From contig CAZBUJ010000009.1 in the NCBI GenBank assembly GCA_964495075.1, forward strand, positions 36,086-100,085: a stretch of 64,000 nucleotides of DNA. The letters run 5' to 3'. Numbering within the stretch: position 1 is the first letter of the stretch; the number at the start of each line of letters is the position of its first letter. Origin of the DNA: an uncultured Phycisphaeraceae bacterium. Lineage in GTDB: Bacteria > Planctomycetota > Phycisphaerae > UBA1845. The notes below the pieces were generated by a model. The model had not been told where the DNA came from, ran no database searches, and was given only the letters and a program-made list of their open reading frames with translations. A program made the translations under genes and the position numbers. Shown in pieces: positions 9,343-19,798 of the stretch.

Positions 9343-9435
9343 CGAATGGAGTGATGCACCTGGTAACACGGAACGGCCCCGCGTCGGCGGCTCGGCGAGC
9401 GTCGCATCCGGCGAGGCGGTCGCCCGTGAGGTGAG

Positions 9436-11097
9436 GTGATCGTGCGCATCGTGGTGGTCTCCAATCTCTATCCGCCGCACGGCGTGGGCGGGTACGAGCT
9501 TCGGTGCCGGGCGTATGTCGATGGGCTGCGGCGGCGCGGGCATGACGTGCATGTCGTGACCAGCCGGCTCGACGACGACGACCAGACGGACCCGGATCCA
9601 CCTGGAATCGACCGGGCGTTGCACCTGTCGTGGTCTCCGCCCTATCCGCCGGAGGATGTGGCCGGGCTGCTCCGCTGCGAATGGGAGGACCGCCAGGCGA
9701 TCGCGGCGGTGGTAGATCGGGTGCGGCCGGACGTGATCGACATCTGGGGCATGGAGGCGTGCTCGCAATCGACGGTGGCGGCGTTGCTGGCCGGTCCGGT
9801 CCCCGTCCATCTGACCGTGGATGACATCTGGCTGCTCGATGGGTGTGCCCGGGACACGCTGTGCGGATTGACGGCGGTCGCGTCGGCGGCGGGGGTGGCG
9901 TTCACGCCGGCGATAGGCCGTGTTTGCCGCCTGGGTTTGACGCGGCCGTCACTCGGCACGGCGCCGGTTTGCTTCGTGTCATCGGCGTTGGCGGATCGGT
10001 ATCGGGCGGGCGGATTCAGTCATCCGCATCAGTGTGTTCGCATGGCGGGCATCGACGTGTCACCCTTCCGTGCGTTGGCCCCCCCGTCATCGCCGCCGCC
10101 GTTTGTCGTCGTCAATGTCGGGCAGTTGACCCGCCGGCGGGGGCAGGCGGACCTGATCGAGGCGGCGGCGCGGGTGGCCGTCGACGCGCGTTGTCCATGG
10201 CCGCTCGAGCTTCGCATCGTGGGGCCGGGCACGGCCGCGTACCGCGCGGAACTGGATGCGGTGGGGGCCCGGTGTGCGTGCGACCGGTTGACGGTCCATT
10301 TCGCCGGCGCGGTGCCGCCGGATGAGGTGGCCCGCGCCTACGCCGGGGCGCATCTGTTCGTGCATCCGTCGCGATTGCCGGAAGGGTTGCCGCGGGTGTT
10401 GATGGAGGCGATGTCGGCCGGTGTGCCGGTCGTGGCCACGGACACCGGCGGGCAACGGGATGTTCTGGCGGACGGGCGCTGGGGGAGGCTGGTGCCGCCC
10501 GGTCGGCCCGACGTGCTGGCCGACGCGATTCGGGGCGTGATCGGCGAGTGGCCGCGCTGGCGGGTGCGGGCGGATCAGGCGCGGGCGTACGCGCTCGAGC
10601 GGTTCGATCAGCAGGCGTGCATCGATCGTCACGAGCAGGACCTGAAGGAGTTGGAGGCGGCCGGTCGGCGGGCGCCGGCCGAGTCGCTGCCCGGGTCCCG
10701 TCCGAGTGACGCGGAGCTGAATGACTTCGCGGCGCGGCTGGGAGCGGCCGCGGAAGGGCGGGCGGACGCGTGTGACGTGGCGGGTGAGCCCGATGGGGTG
10801 TGGCGGTGGGCCGTCGTGCTGAAGCGGACCGGGCGACTGGCGGCGGCCGATGACTGGCTGGCACGGTTGCTCGCCGCGCATGAGTCGGATCCGACGCAGA
10901 CGCGGCGGGTGGCGTTTCATCGTGGCGAGCTGGCGATGGTGCAGGGTGAGTGGGAGCGAGCCGCGGATCTGTTGCGGGCGTGTCTGGCCGTGGCCCCGGA
11001 TCACGCCAAAGCGGCGTACGATCTGCGTCATGCGGAGGCGGGGCGGTTGCCGGCCCATCTGGCGGGACTGTGCCGCGCGATGGCGGTGCACGGCTAA
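9436..11097 (+). CDS. GT4 glycosyltransferase with C-terminal TPR-like helices
   Basis: SNLYPPHGVGGYE, PSRLPEGLPRVLMEAM; helical repeat tail. Confidence 0.88.
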   Translation: MIVRIVVVSNLYPPHGVGGYELRCRAYVDGLRRRGHDVHVVTSRLDDDDQTDPDPPGIDRALHLSWSPPYPPEDVAGLLRCEWEDRQAIAAVVDRVRPDVIDIWGMEACSQSTVAALLAGPVPVHLTVDDIWLLDGCARDTLCGLTAVASAAGVAFTPAIGRVCRLGLTRPSLGTAPVCFVSSALADRYRAGGFSHPHQCVRMAGIDVSPFRALAPPSSPPPFVVVNVGQLTRRRGQADLIEAAARVAVDARCPWPLELRIVGPGTAAYRAELDAVGARCACDRLTVHFAGAVPPDEVARAYAGAHLFVHPSRLPEGLPRVLMEAMSAGVPVVATDTGGQRDVLADGRWGRLVPPGRPDVLADAIRGVIGEWPRWRVRADQARAYALERFDQQACIDRHEQDLKELEAAGRRAPAESLPGSRPSDAELNDFAARLGAAAEGRADACDVAGEPDGVWRWAVVLKRTGRLAAADDWLARLLAAHESDPTQTRRVAFHRGELAMVQGEWERAADLLRACLAVAPDHAKAAYDLRHAEAGRLPAHLAGLCRAMAVHG

Positions 11098-11184
11098 CGA
11101 GAACGATGAACGGAACAGGTGGCGGGGAAGCCAGCGAAGGAAGCGGCGCGGGCGTCGGCCTTCGGCCGCGGGCGGGAGCGTCTG

Positions 11185-12366
11185 ATGCGAATTGGGATCC
11201 AACTGCTGTCGCATCGGGCCGGGCAGACCGGCGGACAGGAGATGAACATCGTTCGCATGCTCGCCCGGATGGTCCGGCAACTGGGCGATGACCGGCTCGT
11301 GCTGTTCCTGCGACCGGAGGTAGCGGGTGGGCCGTCGTGGCGGGCGATTGTGGCGGATCCGTGCGTCGAACTCGTTGTGGAAACGCCGGACGACCATTAC
11401 GGCGACGGTTACGAAGCGTGGAACCTCCGCCTGCTCGACGCGGCGCGGCTGGACGTCGTGTACTTCCCGCTCTTTTTCTTCTACCCGCGACCGCTGCCGT
11501 GGCCGGTGGTGGTGCACGTGCCCGACGTGCAGCACGAGTATTTCCCGGAGTACTTCCCCGCCGACCAGTTGAGGTGGCGGCGGGAGCGGATCGCCGAGTC
11601 GGTGGCACTGGCCGACGCGGTGATCACGTTTCCGCCGGCGGTGCCGGGCGTGCTGGCCAAGCTGGCATTCGATCGCGACAAGCTGCACGCGATCGATGCG
11701 GGGGGGTTTCTGCCGGAGGACATCGAGGCGGCCCTGACCTCGCCGGACTGTGCCGCACAATGCGTGGCGGATCAGCCGTTCTTCTTCTATCCCGCGGGCG
11801 ACTGGCCGCACAAGAACCACGAGACACTGTTGCGGGCGGCGGCCCGGATGGCGGCCGACGGTCGGCCGGAGCACTTCGTGTTCACCGGGATGGTGTCGCA
11901 GCGCGGCGCGGCGTTGCGGGCGCTCGCGGAGAGCCTGGAGGTGGGCGAGCGCGTGCACTGGCTGGGTTGCGTGCCACAGGACGAGTTGATTCGGTTGTAC
12001 CGTGCAGCGCGGTTGCTGGCGTTTCCGAGCCGGTTCGAAGGGTTCGGCATGCCCCTGGTCGAGGCGATGCAGCTAGGCTGTCCGATCGTCGCGTCGCGGG
12101 CCACCGGCGTGACCATGACCGCCGGCGACGCGGCGGCGTATTGCGACGATGATCCGGCGGCGTGGGCGGCGCGGCTGGCGGCGGTGTCTGACGACGCCTC
12201 GCTGCGTGAGGATCTGCGCCGTCGCGGTTTTGTTCAGGCGGAGCGGTACGATTGGGGCGTTAACGCGCGGCGGCACCTCGAGTTGCTGCGGGCCGTCGGG
12301 GCGACACGCGACGTGCGAGTTGCCAGTTGCTGCTCGCCGAGGAGGCGTCGCGGTTGGACAGGTTGA
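11185..12366 (+). CDS. GT4 glycosyltransferase (MtfB-like)
   Basis: DVQHEYFP, WPHKNH, PSRFEGFGMPLVEAM. Confidence 0.9.
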   Translation: MRIGIQLLSHRAGQTGGQEMNIVRMLARMVRQLGDDRLVLFLRPEVAGGPSWRAIVADPCVELVVETPDDHYGDGYEAWNLRLLDAARLDVVYFPLFFFYPRPLPWPVVVHVPDVQHEYFPEYFPADQLRWRRERIAESVALADAVITFPPAVPGVLAKLAFDRDKLHAIDAGGFLPEDIEAALTSPDCAAQCVADQPFFFYPAGDWPHKNHETLLRAAARMAADGRPEHFVFTGMVSQRGAALRALAESLEVGERVHWLGCVPQDELIRLYRAARLLAFPSRFEGFGMPLVEAMQLGCPIVASRATGVTMTAGDAAAYCDDDPAAWAARLAAVSDDASLREDLRRRGFVQAERYDWGVNARRHLELLRAVGATRDVRVASCCSPRRRRGWTG

Positions 12367-12436
12367 CGGCATGCAAGCCCTGTATGCACGGTGCGAGCAC
12401 AGGGTGTGCTGTTCGTGACGATTCACGCATTTCGGG

Positions 12437-14458
12437 TCATGCGCGGTGTGCAGTTGCGGTGTGGGAGCTGGTTTGCCTCGTCACAGTGCTGGTTGCGCCG
12501 TTTTTCAGGTCAAACAGCCATTTCATCACGCGGTCGGTGGGGTTGCCGGGGTCGGCGAAGACGTATCGGCGCACGTAGTCGCACGGGCTCGCCTGGGCGA
12601 GGTCGCCCACCAGGCCGGACGGGTTGGCAGCCAGGTCGCGACACGCGTCCAGCATCTCGGCTTCCGTCTTGCACCAGCAGAATGTGCGCTCGACGTCCGG
12701 CTTGAAGTGCTCGGCCAGCGCCGTCTGGTCCGGGTCGCAGAAGAGGATGAGCGGTTTGCCGAGGATCGCCGCCTCGTCCCATGTCGTGTTGCAGTGGATG
12801 TCGGTCAGGATCACGTCGGCGCCGGCCATGAGTTCGGCCAGCGGCGTGGTACTGTCCACGGTTACGCCGGGGATCGGGTCGCGCCCGAGCCGGAAGCGCA
12901 CACCGTCGGTGGCCGGTCCGAGCGTGGGCGGGAATGGGCGGTAGCAGACCGCGAGGTCCGCCCGGCCGGCCATGGCTCGAAGGCAGCGGAGGACGAGGTG
13001 ATAGCGGCGCGTGTCTTCCGGCGCGATGAAACCGGCAATCGTGTTCTGGTGACTCGTGCCGCCGATCCAGAGTGCCCGGCAGGGGCCCGGGTCCCGCTCG
13101 ATCCGCCCCGTCGGTGCGGATGCGTAGTTGCGCGATGAGCCCACGGGCACGAACGTCGAGCGAAGTGGCCAGCCCGCATCGTCGGGTCGCCGGATCCCAC
13201 GGCCGTAGCACAGGAAGTAGTCGCAGTCCTGGAACCCGCCCAGCTCGTGTGGCGGGTCGACGCACGTGCCATACGAGCCGCCGTGCTGGTAGAGGATCGT
13301 GGGAACGCCACGCTGCCGGCAGTGCCAGCAGAGCCGCTTGGCGAACAGGGTGACGGCGGCGATCATGCCGACCGCATCGGGCCGGAAATCGTCGAGGATA
13401 TCGTTGGCGAGATCGTCGCACAAAGCTATCGCGGCGCAACCCTGGGCTCCCCGATGAGCCAGGTGCGGTACGAGTGCGTGCCACAGTCTGGCATCGACGT
13501 CGCCGAGCGGGCGGAACAGATCGTACTGGCGACACCAACGCTCGATCGGCTCGACGAGGTCACCCCGGTCGGGCACGTCGTCGGCGGTGTGCCTCTCGTA
13601 GAGCCGCCAGCACCCCGTCGCGAGATCGCGCACCCGCGAGTGCACGACCGGCGGGACAGGGTCCGCGTGCAGCGTGCGCGACTCGAAGAGCAATGCCTGC
13701 GAGGTCGGGTCACGGACGAGACGCTGGACGACCGGCTCCCAGTCGTAACCGGCGGTGTCGATCGTCAGCAGGCGGAACCCGTCACACGGGGCGCGGGGTG
13801 CGGTCAGCGGCTTCACCGCGTGGTTGTGGGACCCGGCGGCGGGATCGACGGTTGCCGCCGACGCATGCGTCCCCAAAGCGTCGGTACGTGCTCCGGCGGT
13901 GTGGAACGCAATTCCTTCCGCCGACAGCCACTCCTTGAGGCTGGTGGTCCATGGGTTCTCGGTGTACCCCTGTCCGGCGAACCACACGTTGATCGTCTCG
14001 GGCAGGAACCGGCAGGCGGTTGGGCGGAGGGCCCGCACCGCCTCGCGCATGAGGAAGAACCGCGTGAACAGCGCGGTCATCGCGTACTGGATGATGTAGG
14101 ACTGGGCGGTCAGCAGCCCCGGGCCGTCCACCGCGAACCGCGGCCAGGCCTCGCGGAGGCGCGTATCCAGGGCTGTGCAGAGTGACCAGCACTGGTGCAT
14201 GAGGGCGTCGTGCACGTCGGTGGTGAGGCGTCGGACGTCGGCCACGCGGCCGACCGGCAGGTGGTCGATGCCGGCCCGCTCGAGGGCTTCGCAGGCCTCG
14301 GCCGTCATCGCGACCACGGTGTGCGTGGACAGAGCGTCCCCGTCGGCGGCGATGGGCTCTGCCTGGTGCTGGTCATCGACGAAGACGAGCGTTGTCCGAG
14401 TCACGTCGGTTGGATCGATCCTTGCCTGAGTCCGGTGCAGGTCGGGTGTTCGCCCCAT
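12437..14458 (-). CDS. Hypothetical GT-B-like capsule/ulosonate transferase
   Basis: 673 aa; GVPTILYQHGG, YRPFP, TTWDEAAILGKP; same general layout as 324..2237. Confidence 0.55.
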   Translation of the reverse strand: MGRTPDLHRTQARIDPTDVTRTTLVFVDDQHQAEPIAADGDALSTHTVVAMTAEACEALERAGIDHLPVGRVADVRRLTTDVHDALMHQCWSLCTALDTRLREAWPRFAVDGPGLLTAQSYIIQYAMTALFTRFFLMREAVRALRPTACRFLPETINVWFAGQGYTENPWTTSLKEWLSAEGIAFHTAGARTDALGTHASAATVDPAAGSHNHAVKPLTAPRAPCDGFRLLTIDTAGYDWEPVVQRLVRDPTSQALLFESRTLHADPVPPVVHSRVRDLATGCWRLYERHTADDVPDRGDLVEPIERWCRQYDLFRPLGDVDARLWHALVPHLAHRGAQGCAAIALCDDLANDILDDFRPDAVGMIAAVTLFAKRLCWHCRQRGVPTILYQHGGSYGTCVDPPHELGGFQDCDYFLCYGRGIRRPDDAGWPLRSTFVPVGSSRNYASAPTGRIERDPGPCRALWIGGTSHQNTIAGFIAPEDTRRYHLVLRCLRAMAGRADLAVCYRPFPPTLGPATDGVRFRLGRDPIPGVTVDSTTPLAELMAGADVILTDIHCNTTWDEAAILGKPLILFCDPDQTALAEHFKPDVERTFCWCKTEAEMLDACRDLAANPSGLVGDLAQASPCDYVRRYVFADPGNPTDRVMKWLFDLKNGATSTVTRQTSSHTATAHRA

Positions 14459-14704
14459 GTCGGTCGGACGGTGACCGCGGGGCCTCTCCGCCCGGCGGCG
14501 TCGGCCGCGTCGGGCGCCGAACGCCAGGTGTTCGCCCGTTGTTTATCGACCGGTGGTGTCGCCGAGGGGCAGCGGGAATGACCAATGACGAGCGACGGAT
14601 GGCGGATCGAGCCGATCGAAGGGGCGCCGCCATGGGGTGCGGGTTGCGGGTGACGGTTGACGCTAATCCGCTGTGCGGTGGTGTGTTGCGCGGTTCGATT
14701 GCGG

Positions 14705-14733
14705 TAAAGATTTGTCTCAGCGACTTCCGATAA
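14705..14733 (+). promoter_or_regulatory. Putative sigma-28 promoter of the NeuB operon
   Basis: TAAA-N17-TCCGATAA about 80 bp upstream of 14815. Confidence 0.55.
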
Positions 14734-14814
14734 CCAAGCAGTTTGTCATTGACCACAGTCGGGGTCCGCTCCGGCGCGGCCCGCCGGCCCCGGCGGCGGA
14801 GAAGGAGACCGGTT

Positions 14815-15513
14815 TTGACCACTGGCAGGCGTGTTGCCATCGTCATTCAGGCGCGGATGAAGTCCACCCGTCTGCCCGGCAAGGTGCTCAGGCCGATTGC
14901 CGGTCGGCCGATGCTCGACTACGTGCTGGACCGGGTGTTGCGATGCGAGCGGTGCAGCCGCGTCATCATCGCGACGTCGGATAATTACCAGGACGATGCC
15001 CTCGAAATCCTCTGCGCGATGCGGCGGTTGCCCTGTTATCGCGGTGATCACCGCGACGTGGCTCGCCGGTTCCTGGACGTGCTCGAGAAGTTCGAGCTGG
15101 ACGGCTTCGCGCGGGTGTGTGCCGACAGTCCGCTGATCGACCCGGCCTTGATCGACGAGGGGCTCGCCCGATTCCACGACGGAGCTCACGACGTTGTCAC
15201 CAATAACCTGCGGCGCACGTTTCCGGCGGGGCAGACGATCGAGATCGTCGACGCGGAAGCGTTCCGGCGGGCGTACCGGCGGATGGAGTCGGCCGCCCAT
15301 CGCGAGCACGTGACGCGCTATTTCTATGACCATCCGCAGGATTTCGACATTCTGAACCTGACCGCGGATGAGGACCACTCGGGTCTCAACCTGTCCGTCG
15401 ACACGCAGGAGGACTTCGATCGGGTGGTCGCGATCATTCGCGGGATGAAGCTGCCTCACTGGCGTTACCGTTGGAGCGACATCGTTGCCAACCTGTGCGC
15501 GACTTCACAATGA
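14815..15513 (+). CDS. SpsF-type acylneuraminate cytidylyltransferase
   Basis: IQARMKSTRLPGKVL, ADSPLIDP, REHVT, LSVDTQED; TTG start behind AAGGAG. Confidence 0.9.
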   Translation: MTTGRRVAIVIQARMKSTRLPGKVLRPIAGRPMLDYVLDRVLRCERCSRVIIATSDNYQDDALEILCAMRRLPCYRGDHRDVARRFLDVLEKFELDGFARVCADSPLIDPALIDEGLARFHDGAHDVVTNNLRRTFPAGQTIEIVDAEAFRRAYRRMESAAHREHVTRYFYDHPQDFDILNLTADEDHSGLNLSVDTQEDFDRVVAIIRGMKLPHWRYRWSDIVANLCATSQ

Positions 15514-16537
15514 GACCGACGCGCGGGCGACCGCGCGACCGTTGCGGGCGGCCGTCATCGGACTTGGCGTCGGCGAGGCTCACGTGGCCGGGCTCCAGCG
15601 CCACCCGCGATGCGAGGTCGTCGCCGTGTGCGACTTCTCGGAGGCCAAACGTGACAAGGCACGGCACGCGTACCCGAGCGTGGCGGTGCGGGAATCGTCC
15701 GAGTCGGTGCTGACCGACCCGGACATCGACGTCGTCTCGATCGCCTCGTACGACAACTACCACTACGAGCAGGTTGTCCAAGCACTCGAGCACGGCAAGC
15801 ACGTGTTCGTGGAGAAACCGTTGTGTTTCCGGGCCGAGGAGGCCCGCCACATCCGGACGCTGTTGAACGAACGCCCGTGTCTGACGCTGTCATCGAACCT
15901 GATCCTGCGGATGTGCCCGCGGTTCGCGGCGTTGCGGGAGGCGATCCGCCGCGGCGAGTACGGCGACCTGTTCCTGGTGGAGGGCGACTACCACTACGGT
16001 CGCCTGCACAAGATCACCGAGGGGTGGCGGGGCGCCATCGAGTGCTATTCGGTGGTGCACGGCGGCGCGATCCATATCGTCGACCTGCTGTTATGGCTGA
16101 CCGACAGCCGGATCGTTGAGGTGTCGGCGGTCGGCAACCGCGTGGCATCCCGGGGTTCTCAGTTCCGGTTCAATGACGCGGTGGTGGCGGCGCTCCGGTT
16201 CGACAACGGCGTGATCGGCAAGGTCGGCGTGTCGTACGGTTGCGTGCGCCCGCACTTCCATGGTCTGTCGATCCACGGGACGCGGGCGACGTTCGTCAAC
16301 GGGTGGCCGGACGGGTGGCGGTTCGAATCCCGTGACCCGCGGGTGGCACCCACGCGGATCGTGGACGCGTACCCCGGTGTGCACAAGGGGGATCTGCTCG
16401 CCAGTTTCATCGACGCGATTCTCGACGCACGCGACGCCGTCGTGAACACCGAGGACGTGTTCCGCACGATGTCGGTCTGTCTGGCTATCGAGGAGGCCGT
16501 GCATACGGGTACCGTGCAGCCCGTGGAGTACATCTGA
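15485..16537 (+). CDS. Gfo/Idh/MocA oxidoreductase
   Basis: IGLGVG, HVFVEKP, GAIHIVD; start uncertain. Confidence 0.9.
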   Translation: MPTCARLHNETDARATARPLRAAVIGLGVGEAHVAGLQRHPRCEVVAVCDFSEAKRDKARHAYPSVAVRESSESVLTDPDIDVVSIASYDNYHYEQVVQALEHGKHVFVEKPLCFRAEEARHIRTLLNERPCLTLSSNLILRMCPRFAALREAIRRGEYGDLFLVEGDYHYGRLHKITEGWRGAIECYSVVHGGAIHIVDLLLWLTDSRIVEVSAVGNRVASRGSQFRFNDAVVAALRFDNGVIGKVGVSYGCVRPHFHGLSIHGTRATFVNGWPDGWRFESRDPRVAPTRIVDAYPGVHKGDLLASFIDAILDARDAVVNTEDVFRTMSVCLAIEEAVHTGTVQPVEYI

Positions 16538-16621
16538 CGCTGGTCACCGGCGACCGGCGGCGTTCGAGGCATGGAGGCCTTGCGGCGAGTTCGATCGCCG
16601 CGCGTCAGGAGGACGTGACCG

Positions 16622-17830
16622 TTGGCATCACAGGCGATCCTTGAAACACCGACCGCGGCTGCCGCGCCCGCCGGCTCCGCGCCGGTTTCGATCCCCTTCG
16701 GCTGCCCATTGATCGATGACGCGGAAAAGCAGGCCGTCCTCCGCGTGCTCGACGGGCCGATTCTGACCCACGGTCCACTGGTCAAGCAGTTCGAGTTGGA
16801 TTTCGCCGCGTTCACCGGGGCGACGCACGCGGTGGCGACGTCGTCGTGTGCCGCCGCCCTGCAACTCGGGGCGTGGGCCCTGGGGGTCCGGCCGGGCGAC
16901 GAGGTGATCGTGTCGGCCCAGACGCACGTGGCCACCGCCCACGCGATCGAACTGTGCGGCGCCCGATGCGTATTCGTCGACTGCGCGCCGGGGTCGGGCC
17001 ATCTCGACTGCGACCGACTGGAATCCCTGATCACCGCCCGTACAAAGGCCATCGCCCTCGTGCACTACGGCGGGTTCCCCGCCCCGATGAGGCGGGTCAT
17101 GGCGATCGCCCGGCGGCATCACCTGTCCGTCATCGAGGACTGCGCGCTGGCACTGGGCGCGGCGATCGACGGGACGCACGTCGGCCTGTTCGGCGATCTC
17201 GGCTGCTTCTCGTTCTACCCGGTCAAACAGATGACGACGACCGAGGGTGGGATGCTGATTACCCGCCGGCCGGACATCGCCAACGCGGTGTCGCGCTACC
17301 GGGCGTTCGGCATCGACCGCAACGTCGTGAGCGAGCGCCCGCAGCCCGGGATGTACGACGTCCCGTCCATCGGGTGGAACTGCCGGATGAGCGAAATCGG
17401 CGCCGCCCTCGGCATCGAGCAACTCAAGAAGCTGCCCGCGTTTCTGGCGACCCGGCGGCGCAATTTCCGCGCCCTGGCGGACGGGCTGGCCGGCGTGGCC
17501 GGCGTCACGGTGCTCGGGGCGTCGGAACTGTTGGACCGCTGCGGATGCTATTGCCTGACCATGATGCTCGAGCCGCCGTTGATCGCCGTCCGCGCGGCGC
17601 TCATGCGGGCCTTGGAGACCCGCGGGGTCGGGACGAGTGTCTACTACCCGCACCCGGTCCCGCGTATGACCTATTACCGCTTGAAATACGGCAGCCGGGA
17701 GTCCGACTATCCGCTGGCCGCCCGGATCAGCGACGGCTCGATCGCGTTGCCGGTGGGCCCGCACGTGACGCCGTCCGACATCGAACGCATCGTGGCGTCG
17801 GTGAGCGACGCCATCGAGGAGGTGCATTGA
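16622..17830 (+). CDS. DegT/DnrJ/EryC1/StrS sugar aminotransferase
   Basis: IEDCA, SFYPVKQMTTTEGG (PLP Lys), GWNCRMSE; AGGAGG RBS. Confidence 0.93.
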   Translation: MASQAILETPTAAAAPAGSAPVSIPFGCPLIDDAEKQAVLRVLDGPILTHGPLVKQFELDFAAFTGATHAVATSSCAAALQLGAWALGVRPGDEVIVSAQTHVATAHAIELCGARCVFVDCAPGSGHLDCDRLESLITARTKAIALVHYGGFPAPMRRVMAIARRHHLSVIEDCALALGAAIDGTHVGLFGDLGCFSFYPVKQMTTTEGGMLITRRPDIANAVSRYRAFGIDRNVVSERPQPGMYDVPSIGWNCRMSEIGAALGIEQLKKLPAFLATRRRNFRALADGLAGVAGVTVLGASELLDRCGCYCLTMMLEPPLIAVRAALMRALETRGVGTSVYYPHPVPRMTYYRLKYGSRESDYPLAARISDGSIALPVGPHVTPSDIERIVASVSDAIEEVH

Positions 17831-17832
17831 GT

Positions 17833-18867
17833 ATGGATTCGCTCGACGCCAAACGAATCGTGCTGATCGGGGGCGCGGGATTCATCGGTCACAATCTCGC
17901 GCTGGGATTGCGCCGGCTCGGCTGCCACGTCGACGTCGTGGACAACCTGCAGGTGAACAACCTGCTGTCGGTCGCATCGGGTGATCCATACGCCCACAAC
18001 CGCGACCTCTACATGCGAATCGTCACGCAACGGCTAGACCTGTTGCGAGGCGCCGGCATCCCGCTGCATATCCAGGACGCCCGGGACTACCACGCCCTGT
18101 CGCACCTGCTGGAGCGGATTCAGCCGCAGGTCATCGTCCACCTGGCCGCCGTCTCGCACGCCGGGCTGGCCAACAAGGATCCGCACTCCACCTTCGATCA
18201 CAGCCTGCGCACGTTGGAGAACGCCCTGGACAACGCCCGGCCGGGCTGCCTCGATGTGGAGCGGTTCGTCTACTTCTCGTCGAGCATGGTGTACGGCCAT
18301 TTCCAGGGCGAGATGGTGACGGAGGACGTCCCGTGCGATCCCATCGGCATTTACGGCGCGTTGAAGCTGGCGGGCGAGCGGATGGTCATCGCGTACAACC
18401 AGGTGTTCGGCCTGCCGTACACGATCGTGCGGCCGTCGGCGTTGTACGGCGAGCGGTGCGTGAGTCGGCGGGTGGGGCAGGTGTTCATCGAGAACGCCCT
18501 GAAGGGCGCGGAGGTGCAGGTCCAGGGGGATGGGGCCGATCGACTGGACTTCACCTACGTGCAGGACGTGGTGAACGGCGTGGAACGTGTGCTGCGCAGC
18601 GACAACGCGATCAACGAAACGTTCAATATCACGTATGGGCAGTCCCGATCGCTTCGCGAGCTGGCGGAGACGCTGCAGGCGTACTTCCCGGACCTCGAGG
18701 TGCGGTGCGTGCCGCGCGATCGACTGACGCCCAAACGCGGTACGCTCTGCATCGACAAGGCGGCGTCCGCTATCGGTTACCAACCCCAGTACCCGCTGGA
18801 GGTGGGAATGGAGCACTACGTAAACTGGTACAAGGAAATGACTGATGCGTTATGTCCTGTGGGCTAA
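17833..18867 (+). CDS. NAD-dependent nucleotide-sugar epimerase/dehydratase
   Basis: GGAGFIG, SSSMVYG, YGALK, DFTYVQD. Confidence 0.92.
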   Translation: MDSLDAKRIVLIGGAGFIGHNLALGLRRLGCHVDVVDNLQVNNLLSVASGDPYAHNRDLYMRIVTQRLDLLRGAGIPLHIQDARDYHALSHLLERIQPQVIVHLAAVSHAGLANKDPHSTFDHSLRTLENALDNARPGCLDVERFVYFSSSMVYGHFQGEMVTEDVPCDPIGIYGALKLAGERMVIAYNQVFGLPYTIVRPSALYGERCVSRRVGQVFIENALKGAEVQVQGDGADRLDFTYVQDVVNGVERVLRSDNAINETFNITYGQSRSLRELAETLQAYFPDLEVRCVPRDRLTPKRGTLCIDKAASAIGYQPQYPLEVGMEHYVNWYKEMTDALCPVG

Positions 18868-19798
18868 CGGCAACCGGGGCGTTCGCTGTCTCGATGCGCT
18901 CGTGTCGGCGGGGTACCGACCCGCCCTGGTCGTCGTGCACGCCAACCGCGGTTCGCAGTGGTACGCGTCGGTGGAGGCGGAGGCGAACAAACTCATGCTG
19001 CCCACCGTGGCACCGGTGGACCCCAACGGTCCGGAGCACAAGGAACGGGTGCGCCGCGAGGACCCGGACGTCTTCATCCTGGCGGGTTACGGGCCGATTC
19101 TGAGCGAGGCGGTCCTCCAGATCCCGTCGCACCTTACCATCAACCTTCACGCGGGGAAGCTGCCCGAGTACCGCGGCTCGTCGCCCATGAACTGGGCGCT
19201 CCTCAATGGCGAGACGTCGTTTACGCTCTCCGTGATACGCGTTGACGCGGGCGTGGACACCGGCGACGTGCTGCTCGACCAGACGTTCCCCATCGCGATC
19301 GACGACACCATCGTCGATCTGCACCGCGTCGCCAACGAGCGGTTCCCCCAGATGCTGTTGCAGGTGGTGGAAAAGATCCATACCGAGTCCCTCCGGCCGC
19401 GGAAGCAGGACCCGACCCTGGCCCGGTACATGCCGCTCCGCTTCCCGGACGACGGCCTCGTGCTGTGGGACATGCTGACCGCCGAGGAGATTCACAACCG
19501 CATTCGAGCGCTGCGACCGCCCTACCCCGGCGCCTTCACGTTCTACAACGGGCGGCAGGTCACGCTGGTGTCGTCCCGGCTGCGCGACTTCGAACACCGC
19601 GGTGAACCGGGCCGGATCTATCGCAAGGCGGACCACGGTCTGCTCGTCTGCGCCCGTGACCGGTGCCTGTGGATCACCGAAGCGGTGTTCACGGACGACA
19701 GTATGGCACTGTCCGATGCGGTGACGCGTTACGACAAGCTGGCCACGATGCAGGGGGCAGCGCTGCGCTTCTATCGCAAGGGGGGGCAACCGTGCTGA
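18845..19798 (+). CDS. Sugar N-formyltransferase (Fmt-like, two domains)
   Basis: INLHAGKLPEYRGSSP, GVDTGD, IRAL..PYPGAF. Confidence 0.88.
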   Translation: MRYVLWANGNRGVRCLDALVSAGYRPALVVVHANRGSQWYASVEAEANKLMLPTVAPVDPNGPEHKERVRREDPDVFILAGYGPILSEAVLQIPSHLTINLHAGKLPEYRGSSPMNWALLNGETSFTLSVIRVDAGVDTGDVLLDQTFPIAIDDTIVDLHRVANERFPQMLLQVVEKIHTESLRPRKQDPTLARYMPLRFPDDGLVLWDMLTAEEIHNRIRALRPPYPGAFTFYNGRQVTLVSSRLRDFEHRGEPGRIYRKADHGLLVCARDRCLWITEAVFTDDSMALSDAVTRYDKLATMQGAALRFYRKGGQPC

